Shown here: positions 6,087 to 13,700 of the stretch, one piece after another | Layout of the letters: each line of letters starts with the position of its first letter | Numbering within the stretch: the first letter of the stretch is position 1 | IMG/VR virus record: IMGVR_UViG_3300031228_000023 | Location: 1-32,182 of that record | Direction: 5' to 3' (one strand) | Origin: a virus | Lineage: Duplodnaviria; Caudoviricetes | Length of the DNA: 32,182 bases | Notes under the pieces: generated by a model | What the model saw: only the letters and a program-made list of their open reading frames with translations | What the model was told of the DNA's origin: nothing | Databases searched by the model: none | Program-made: the position numbers and the translations under genes

Positions 6087-7805
6087 ATGGCCCGCATCCT
6101 CCATACCGCGAACCTCGACTCGTCCAGCCCACTCCTAGCCGACCCTAACACCCGACTTTGGATATACAACGGCTACGACGTGTGCGGCACCCGAGCCATC
6201 TTCGACGCCCTCCTGCCCGAGGTCGCCCGCGCCTCCACCTCCTACAACTTCGTCCGTGCCATGCAAGGTCCGGCCCTGGACATGATGCTTCGCGGCATTT
6301 GGGTCAACCCTCTCCAACGCAGCCGAGAGCGGGCGAGGCTCAACGCCGCCAGGGACCGCTGCCAAGCCCTGCTGGACGAACTGGCCCACGCGGTGTGGGG
6401 CCGAGGGTTGAATGCCAACTCCAGCAAGCAACTCCTAGCCTTCTTCTACATCGCGCTCGGAGCCCCGGTCCAGTACGCCCTCCGCAAGACCCCCGAGGGC
6501 AAGAAGAAAACCCCCTCGTGCGACCACAAAGCCCTAGAGAAGCTTGCTCAGTGGAAGAACAAGGGTCCCGCCATCAGCCCATGGGATCGCCATGTCACCT
6601 CCGTCCACCTCGCCAAACCCTTCGTCACCCTCATCACGAACATCCGCGAATACACCAAGAAACTCGGGGTGGTTAACAGTGGTATTTCAGCTGACGGACG
6701 GCTCCGTTGTAGCTATAACGTCGTCGGCACGGTTACGGGGCGATGGTCATCGAGTAGCAATGTATGGGGGTCCGGCACTAACCTCCAGAACATTACAGAG
6801 TCTATGCGACGCATGGCCTGCGCAGATGCTGGCTATAAGCTGGGGACACCCGACCTTGAGCAAGCGGAGTCCCGTTTGGTTGCGGGACTTACTTGGCTTG
6901 CCACAGGCGATGATACCTATTGGCGAGCTTGTGAGTCCGGTGACCTACATACAATCGTTTGTACCATGGCGTACCCGGAACATTTTGAGGAAGTGGGGGG
7001 TTGGGATCATAGCCTCGGTGCTTTCGTCGGAGACCTAGCCGCTTGCCGGGTCATCGCCGACCGTAAGTTCTACCGCCACCTGTCCATGCGGGACCTCGCG
7101 AAGCGGATTGGGCATGGGTCCAACTACTACGGCCCGCCCCTCGGCATCGCCGGAATGATCGGCATCGAGGTTGCCGTCGTGGAAGAGTTCCAGCGCCGGT
7201 ACTTCCGCGCCTTCCCGGCTATCCGCCAGTGGCACGCCGCCACCATCCGCCAACTCCAAACCACCTCCTGCCTGATCACCCCCTTGGGCCGCATCCGGTT
7301 CTTCTTCAAGCGCACCTCCGAAGACACCGTCCAGCGCGAAGCCATCGCCCACGTCCCCCAATCCACCATCGGGGAACTCCTGAACTGTATGCTCTACCGG
7401 GTGTGGGACTACGGGATGAAAGGCGGAAAGGTCGCCCACCGCCCCTGGACCGCCGCCTGCCAACTCCTCCTCCAGAACCACGACTCCATCCTATTCCAAT
7501 ACCCCGAGGCTCTCGAAGACACGGTACTCGCCAAGGTCCGCGAGCTGATGACCATGACCCTCCCGCTGACCCGTGTCGACCCCGACACCGGCCTCAGCGA
7601 AACCCGACACCTCGCCCTTCCCCTGGAGTTCAAGACCGGGTGGAATTGGGCCAAACAAGACAAGCGTAAGGACTTCTTCGATGACGGAAACCCCGACGGC
7701 CTCCGTGACTACGCCGGACCCGGAAGCGACGCCCGACGTCGATGCGACCCCGCTCGGCCCGACCCCACCCATTACCTCGGACTGCCCTCCGGGTTCGGGA
7801 AGTGA
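6087..7805 (+). CDS. polA: Family A DNA polymerase (polymerase domain preceded by the ExoIII helix)
   Basis: YNGYD (ExoIII), NANSSKQL, GTVTGRWSS, NLQNI, motif A DLEQAESR, motif B RDLAKRIGHGSNYYG, TPLGRIR, PQSTIG, motif C LLQNHDS. Confidence 0.95.
   Translation: MARILHTANLDSSSPLLADPNTRLWIYNGYDVCGTRAIFDALLPEVARASTSYNFVRAMQGPALDMMLRGIWVNPLQRSRERARLNAARDRCQALLDELAHAVWGRGLNANSSKQLLAFFYIALGAPVQYALRKTPEGKKKTPSCDHKALEKLAQWKNKGPAISPWDRHVTSVHLAKPFVTLITNIREYTKKLGVVNSGISADGRLRCSYNVVGTVTGRWSSSSNVWGSGTNLQNITESMRRMACADAGYKLGTPDLEQAESRLVAGLTWLATGDDTYWRACESGDLHTIVCTMAYPEHFEEVGGWDHSLGAFVGDLAACRVIADRKFYRHLSMRDLAKRIGHGSNYYGPPLGIAGMIGIEVAVVEEFQRRYFRAFPAIRQWHAATIRQLQTTSCLITPLGRIRFFFKRTSEDTVQREAIAHVPQSTIGELLNCMLYRVWDYGMKGGKVAHRPWTAACQLLLQNHDSILFQYPEALEDTVLAKVRELMTMTLPLTRVDPDTGLSETRHLALPLEFKTGWNWAKQDKRKDFFDDGNPDGLRDYAGPGSDARRRCDPARPDPTHYLGLPSGFGK
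6679..7038 (+). CDS. Candidate overprinted (+1 frame) ~119-aa protein inside polA
   Basis: The +1 frame is open from 6544 to 7038. GTG 6679 follows GGGGTGG; ATG 6592 is an alternative start. The T-ending codon patch ends at the TAG formed by the rare host codon CTA. Confidence 0.45.
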   Translation: MVFQLTDGSVVAITSSARLRGDGHRVAMYGGPALTSRTLQSLCDAWPAQMLAISWGHPTLSKRSPVWLRDLLGLPQAMIPIGELVSPVTYIQSFVPWRTRNILRKWGVGIIASVLSSET

Positions 7806-9024
7806 CGGCCAGGGCGGCTTCATCGAGAGGCACATCGCCTGGATGGAAGGCACCCCGACCCCCGACATCTTCAAGCTGTGGTCCGCGATCTTCGCGGTCG
7901 GGTCCGCCGTCCGTCGCCGGGTCTGGACCGAGCTGCTGGGGGGCCGTCCCATCTACCCAAACCTCTTCGTCTGGCTGGTCGGCCCGCCGGGCACCGGGAA
8001 GACTGAAGCTATCGTCCCCATGTCCCTGCACCTCCGGAAGTCCAAGACCGCCCGCCTCGCCCCGAATGACGTGTCCAAGCAATCCCTCCTCGACGCCCTC
8101 AAGGGTTGCGGCGACGTTCTGATCCTCGGCCCGAACGCGGTCCCCGTCGAATACCACTACATGGCGATCGTGGTCCGCGAACTCTCCAACTTCATGTCCG
8201 CGTATGACGGCGCTCTAACCGGCATCCTCACCGACCTCTTCGACAACCCGCCGGAGAACGACGAACTCAAGCGTACCACCAAGTCCGCCGGCCCGATCAT
8301 CCGCCCCTCCGTGTCCATGATCGCCGGCACCGCCACCAAGAACCTCGGCTCGACAGTCAAGGAGACCTGGGGCCAGGGCTTCATGTCCCGGATGATCCTG
8401 GTGTATTCCGCCGAACAACAGATGGTCCAGTTCTTCAACGAAGACTTGGCGGAGCGGCAAGAGTGGGATGATGGACTGGTCCGCCAACTGTCGCGGATTG
8501 GCTCCCTCAAGGGCCGGATGCGCTGGACCCCCGAAGCGGTGGCCGCCTTCCAAGCCTGGCAGGCCAAGGGCTATGCGCCGGTCCCGACCCACGCCAAGCT
8601 CCTCGAATACACCGCCCGGCGCTTCCTCCACGTCTCGAAGCTGGCGATGATCAGCGCCCTCAGCGACGAGAGGGTCCGCATCGAAGAGGGCGACTTCCTC
8701 CGGGGCCTGCGGTGGCTAGAGCACGCCGAGTCCGCCATGCCGGAAATCTTCAAAGAAATGGTAGTCCACGAGGACGGGGAAATTCTCCGGGAGCTGCACA
8801 TGCACCTCTGGGCCATGTGGTCCGCTCAACCGAAGGACGCCAAGCGCCCGTTCCCCTCGGTGGTGCTCTGGTCCTTCCTCAAGGACAAAGTCGCCGCCCG
8901 CCTCATCCCCGGCCTAATCGAGTCGGGGCTGAACTCGGGCCTCTGGGCGCGGATGGCAGGAACCTCCGGCTCGGACGCCAAGTACAAACCCCTCCCGAAC
9001 TTCGGCCAAATCAAATCGGACTAA
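7681..9024 (+). CDS. DUF3987-like P-loop NTPase, putative replicative helicase
   Basis: TAAGGA before ATG 7681. IYPNLFVWLVGPPGTGKT Walker A, IVVRELS Walker B-like, GFMSRMILVY. Overlaps the polA 3' end by 125 nt. Confidence 0.75.
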   Translation: MTETPTASVTTPDPEATPDVDATPLGPTPPITSDCPPGSGSDGQGGFIERHIAWMEGTPTPDIFKLWSAIFAVGSAVRRRVWTELLGGRPIYPNLFVWLVGPPGTGKTEAIVPMSLHLRKSKTARLAPNDVSKQSLLDALKGCGDVLILGPNAVPVEYHYMAIVVRELSNFMSAYDGALTGILTDLFDNPPENDELKRTTKSAGPIIRPSVSMIAGTATKNLGSTVKETWGQGFMSRMILVYSAEQQMVQFFNEDLAERQEWDDGLVRQLSRIGSLKGRMRWTPEAVAAFQAWQAKGYAPVPTHAKLLEYTARRFLHVSKLAMISALSDERVRIEEGDFLRGLRWLEHAESAMPEIFKEMVVHEDGEILRELHMHLWAMWSAQPKDAKRPFPSVVLWSFLKDKVAARLIPGLIESGLNSGLWARMAGTSGSDAKYKPLPNFGQIKSD

Positions 9025-9161
9025 AGGCGGCCATGGCGGAGAAAATCCAACACCCCCGCCGCAATGATGAACGCAATGGCGATCCCCGACAAGAACACAA
9101 GAGCCGCCGAGAACCCGCACAGGAACGGAGGGACCGTCGGCTCAATTTTCCCCCGAGGCAT
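9021..9161 (-). CDS. 46-aa single-pass membrane protein at the end of the lysis cassette (absent from the ORF track)
   Basis: GGAG RBS then ATG 9161. MPRGKIEPTVPPFLCGFSAALVFLSGIAIAFIIAAGVLDFLRHGRL*. Its TAG overlaps the helicase TAA on the other strand. Confidence 0.6.
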   Translation of the reverse strand: MPRGKIEPTVPPFLCGFSAALVFLSGIAIAFIIAAGVLDFLRHGRL

Positions 9162-9164
9162 GGC

Positions 9165-9515
9165 CTACTCCCGCCACGGAGTAAGCTGTTGCCAGAAGGT
9201 GCGGGGCGCGAGGGCCTTGGCGACCTCCGCCTCCCGCGCGTTACACTTCTCCACGATGGAGATGGTGTCCCGGGTCCGTCCGTTGGCTAGGTCCAACTGG
9301 CCCGTCTGTCGAATACCAAACTCCTGCCAGTCGACCCTCGGACCCTCCGGGTCAGGCATGGGCGCGCTAGGGACGCCCGCCCTCCACGCCTCGGGAACGT
9401 TCTCGGCGCAGTTGAACGCAGCGAGGGTCGTCCTTGGCGCTGTCGTACATGCACATGCGAGCAACAGCAAGAGCGCCGCGCTGCTCATCCTCAATGTCGT
9501 GTAGGTCTTTGACAT
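9165..9515 (-). CDS. o-spanin (Rz1-like outer-membrane lipoprotein)
   Basis: MSKTYTTLRMSSAALLLLLACAC is a lipoprotein signal with a lipobox Cys. Pro-rich mature part. Starts inside the i-spanin gene in the +1 frame. Confidence 0.8.
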   Translation of the reverse strand: MSKTYTTLRMSSAALLLLLACACTTAPRTTLAAFNCAENVPEAWRAGVPSAPMPDPEGPRVDWQEFGIRQTGQLDLANGRTRDTISIVEKCNAREAEVAKALAPRTFWQQLTPWRE

Positions 9516-9753
9516 CTGCGTCCACCTTCTTTCGTGTATCCAGCCCGTCCTGGGCGTTGCCGATGATAACCCCCGCCGCATCCTCGGCCGCAGCGGCTTG
9601 GCCCTTAGCTTCCTCCGCCTCCACCGAGGCGCGCCTCGCCCGTTCCTCCGCCTGGCCCGGCCGTATCACCACGAACCACACGGCGAACGCGAACAGGGCC
9701 ACAAGCAGCCCCGCCACGATCGCCCTGAACATCAGCTCCTGCGTCCACTTCAT
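9367..9753 (-). CDS. i-spanin (Rz-like inner-membrane protein)
   Basis: N-terminal TM (AIVAGLLVALFAFAVWFVVI), Ala/Glu-rich coiled coil, C-terminal Cys residues. ATGA-coupled to the endolysin. Confidence 0.8.
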   Translation of the reverse strand: MKWTQELMFRAIVAGLLVALFAFAVWFVVIRPGQAEERARRASVEAEEAKGQAAAAEDAAGVIIGNAQDGLDTRKKVDADVKDLHDIEDEQRGALAVARMCMYDSAKDDPRCVQLRRERSRGVEGGRP

Positions 9754-10490
9754 TTGTAGTCTCCTTCAATCAGGCCTTGCTGGAACACCGCCGCATACCC
9801 GGCGATCAGCGCATCCTTGTCCGTGCCGTTGACGATGCGTCGGGCGTCCTTGAACTGTTCGAAGGACCCAAGCCGGGTAGGGAGGAATTTCCCCAACCCA
9901 ACCCCGGTGAATATCCCATCGCGCATCCCGGCCACCATAATGTCGGCGCTGATCACCGGGTCCAGGGCGAGGTCATAGTCGGCCAGGAGGCGGCCCCCGA
10001 GCCCCAGCGCCGCATCCATCTTCTCGTAGTTACTGGCCCAGGTGAGCTGCACGTCTCCCCGCCCGTAAGGCACCTGATCCCCGTGCCTGCCCGGAACCCC
10101 GTACTTCTTCCCCCTTCCCTTACCGTATTCTCGGATGGGGGACATAGTACCCGCCGTCTCATGGTAGGAAGTGGCAAGACAATACGCGGCCCAAGATATC
10201 GGGAACCTCGCCTTTCCACAAGCGTTGATGATCCGGTTACACCCGTCCACCTCCGCCTGGGTTAGGGTCGGCCCCAGAGGCGGCTTGGCCTTGACGTAGT
10301 CAAAGAACTTCGCCGGGAGGCGGAGGCTTGTCGCCGGGGCTGAGACCGGCGTGGGTGGGGTCGGCACCGTCGGCGGGTCCGGTTGCACCGGGTTGGTCGC
10401 CATCAACACCTGCGCCGAAGTAAGGCGTTCTTGCGCTTCTCCCAGCAACCGGATAAGCTCTTGCGTCTTCTGCTCGTTCGTCAGTGCCAT
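9750..10490 (-). CDS. Endolysin, glycoside hydrolase family 19-like
   Basis: AYCLATSYHET, PIREYG, YGRGDVQLTWASNY, ARRIVNGTD. N-terminal helix plus Pro-rich linker. GGAG RBS. Confidence 0.85.
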   Translation of the reverse strand: MALTNEQKTQELIRLLGEAQERLTSAQVLMATNPVQPDPPTVPTPPTPVSAPATSLRLPAKFFDYVKAKPPLGPTLTQAEVDGCNRIINACGKARFPISWAAYCLATSYHETAGTMSPIREYGKGRGKKYGVPGRHGDQVPYGRGDVQLTWASNYEKMDAALGLGGRLLADYDLALDPVISADIMVAGMRDGIFTGVGLGKFLPTRLGSFEQFKDARRIVNGTDKDALIAGYAAVFQQGLIEGDYK

Positions 10491-10785
10491 CAGTCCGCTC
10501 CATTGTCGTCGTCGTTGTCGTGGTCAAGGGCGCGGATTGTGCCTCCGCCAACGTGTTGATAGTCCGGTTCTTCTGGGCCGCCTCGGCATTGTCCCCGAAG
10601 TAATACCCGTAGGCATCACTGAGCCGGGTCAGCAGCGCACCTACGATCAGTAGGAACGCGTCCATCATAGGTTCCGGCACGACCGCCCGGAAGAAGAGGA
10701 TTGCCCCGATGATCAGGAGGATCGTCGCGACCATGGCCAAGGCGAGGAGCGCCTTAACCCATTCATTGCTTATGCCCAAATGCAT
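10300..10785 (-). CDS. Putative holin (two TM segments, long polar tail)
   Basis: AGGAG 8 nt before ATG 10785. TM segments ALLALAMVATILLIIGAILFF and AFLLIVGALL, then YYFG. Directly upstream of the endolysin. Confidence 0.7.
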   Translation of the reverse strand: MHLGISNEWVKALLALAMVATILLIIGAILFFRAVVPEPMMDAFLLIVGALLTRLSDAYGYYFGDNAEAAQKNRTINTLAEAQSAPLTTTTTTTMERTDGTDERAEDARAYPVAGRSARTPYFGAGVDGDQPGATGPADGADPTHAGLSPGDKPPPPGEVL

Positions 10786-10796
10786 TCCGCCATCTC

Positions 10797-13700
10797 CTAA
10801 TCCACCGCGAAGGCCCACTCTGCGGCGGCCTCCCCGCTTCTGTCCCGACCCACCGCGAAGTCCAGCTGCGTCACCTCGCTCCGTTCCGCCCGCGCCTTGG
10901 CGCTCCGGAGGACACTCGACGTGTCGATCCCCATTGCCATCGCCCGGGTGAAGATTGTCGTCGCCGCCTGGTTATCGCCGGCTTCCCAAGCCTCCGCCAT
11001 CTGGCGACCCATCTCGGTCACCGTCTCGCGCTTGCGGTTCTGGTCCTTCCGCACGTCCTCATAGGCGGCATAGCTCTTATCCAAATCCACCGGATTGAAC
11101 CCCATCGCGTACAACAGGCTGGACCCCATACTAACATTGTCCACCACCCGATAGCCGCTGTTGAGGCTCCGAATAGCGTTGTCCTCCCCGGCACTCATGG
11201 CTCGATAGACCGTCCGTGGGGCCAGGGCTCGGGCCATCCCATCGCGTATCCCCGCATCCTCCCAGGGGCTGACCCCCGTGGCCTTATACGCGGTGATGGC
11301 GTCGCCGGCCGTCCGCCCGAACGCCCGCATCCGGTCGTACACCGCGAACCCAAACAGCATCGAGGCGTCCCGCTCCGGGTCACTCCCCGGGCTACTCGCC
11401 TGTGCGGCTAGACTCAACCCCAGCGTGCCCGGCAACCCGTACATCACCCCATCCGCAACCCACTCATTATCCGGGAACACATCATTGTACAAAGTGTCCA
11501 TGAAGGACTTATCGGTGGCCCATTTGGAGAACCCATCCGCCATCGGTTTCAGGAGGGGGAGGGCCGCCCCTCCGCCCAGGGCCGCAGTGGCTGCCGTCTG
11601 CCACAGCAGAGGAGCCAACGTGTCCCTCCCTCCGCCCGCATACTTCGCCATATTCGCCATGTAGTGGAAGGACCACGTCTTGAACGTGCCCATGAGGCTC
11701 CCGACCGGCGTGGTGAAGATGGTCGGCCGGTCCACCGTGGAGTAGTTGAACGCCGTCTTGGCCAGGAATTCGCGGGTGAACCGCTGCATCCGGTAGGCGT
11801 CCTTGATCCCCAGCGCCTTGGTGAGTTCGTAGGCGGTGCTCACCCCTACCAAGCGGTTGAACTCCTCACTCTTGGCCAAGAGGATTTCGTTCGCCGCTCC
11901 CGCCCACCGGACGAAGCTTCGCCCATCCTGAAACGCGCCCCGAAGGTCCTTGACAATCGTCCCCGTGGAGCCGAAGTGTTCCTCCGCATATCGCGGCGAG
12001 ATCAGCTTCTCCTGGATGGCGAACTGGAGGAGGTCCCGGAACTCCGGGTCGAGGTCCTTCTCATTCCGCATCACGTTCTTGAGGGAGTTTGAGAACAGCT
12101 TGACGTCGGAGAGAACCCCCACGCTGTCCACAATCCGGCCGCCCCCGTCCGTCAGCGGCACGGTGATGTAGTTACTCGTGTCCTTCCCAGCGGTTCGTAG
12201 GAGGAAGCTGGCCTCCGGGAACATCGTCTGGAACATCGTCACCGCATTGAGGACGTAGTGGCTCAGGTTCCCGAACCCGAATTGGAATGCGTTGAGGGTC
12301 TGCTGCGCCGTGCGAACGATCGTGCTCGCACTGTCCTTCCCGAGGATACCCCCAAGCGCCTTGTCCAGCGCAGTGTTCTGGAACCGGGCAAAGTCGCCCT
12401 CGTCCCCCTGAAGGATCGCGAGGCGCTTCTCCACCGCGGTCGCCGCCAGAGGGTCCTCGTTCCGCAACCGCGTCAGCACGTCCCACAGCTTCTCCTGGAG
12501 AACGACATTAGTCTTCAGCCGTTCCCGGGCCTTGAGGTTCCGCTCCACCAACCCGGCGAACCGTTCGGCGTCCAACGGCTGTTTCATCAAGTCATATCCA
12601 AGCAGCTCTCCGCGTTCCTTGAGGAACCCGGGCTTCCTGACCGCCGCCTGATACCTCGTAACCATCCCCGCGTCTTCGAAGATGTCCGTGCCGACCCCAC
12701 CCAGCTTCAAGGGTCGGCCGGTCTTCTTCGCCTCCCTCGCGATCAGTGCAACGGCATTGTCCCGCGCCTCACGGGCGGTCCCTCCGGCAACGATCCCGGC
12801 AAGCTCGCCGGTTTGCTCATCGTCAAGGAGCGCATAAAAGCCTCCGTCACGCTGGCGAGATAGCCCATAGTGACCGGCTCGTGCGTTGAAGTCTTCGATG
12901 AGTTGCGCGGCATTGCTCGACCCCACTTGCGCCTTGAGTTTCTCGAACGCGGCCACATTGGCGCGGCTGATATCCTCAAGGCCGCGCAGAACCTCGAAGG
13001 CTTTGGGGGTGACATGCCCGTCCAGGGCCACCTGTTGGAGCTTCTCGAACGGCAGGGCCATTTCCAAGATGTCTTGCACGCTGGCCCAATCCTCAGGCGC
13101 GAGGGTCTTGTAGAACTCCCGGAGCCCGCCCCCGCTCGGCTCGTTCAGGGTGACCACCTGACGCCACAGCGGCGCGTTCCGGTTGGCGATGGCAGCACGG
13201 GCGCCGTCCATGATGGCGGAAACCCGACCCTCTTCGAAGTCCGTCATGGACTTGATGAGGTTCACCGCATAGTTAGCCTTGTTGTTTCGGCTGGCTAGGT
13301 TGGCGGTCGGGGCGAGGTACGCCTCCGCCAGCTCGCTGACGTCCCGGCCCAAGGCACGGAGCGCGGAGGCAGTGGGTCGGACTCCTTTGGGGAGGAACTG
13401 GACCGCCTCAAACTCCCGCTCGAACATGTTCGCGGTGTCGAAGAACTCCTCCCCGATGTTCGGGGCCGGACCCTTCTGCGGCCAATAGGCGCTCCGGTTG
13501 ATAGTCAGCTCGCGGAACGCGGCGGCCCGAGGGTCGATCAGGTCCGGCTGATGGGTCTTAAACGCGAACCATTCGTCCCCTGCCTTGGGCGCGCCAATGG
13601 TCCCGTTGACCTTCTTCGCGAACCCCCAGAGCCCATCCTGCTCCCGCCACATATGCCACCCATCGCCCACCTGGCGAACGGGGTTGCCGCTGCGGACTGT

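Noticed and set aside
5033-6087. Intron or split intein explaining the polymerase split
   Set aside because: No Cys/Ser start or His-Asn end typical of inteins, no recognisable intron core or homing endonuclease, and the gap is filled by three ordinary coupled genes.
5932-6087. +1 ORF ending in TGATG at the polA start
   Set aside because: Weak RBS, only a mild codon shift and a shadow-like S/P/R-rich product. The host gene's own stop 3 nt upstream can explain coupling.
9033-9290. Plus-strand ORF after the helicase (MAEKIQHPRR...)
   Set aside because: Arg-rich product antisense to the o-spanin and the 46-aa TM gene, which have better RBS and composition support.
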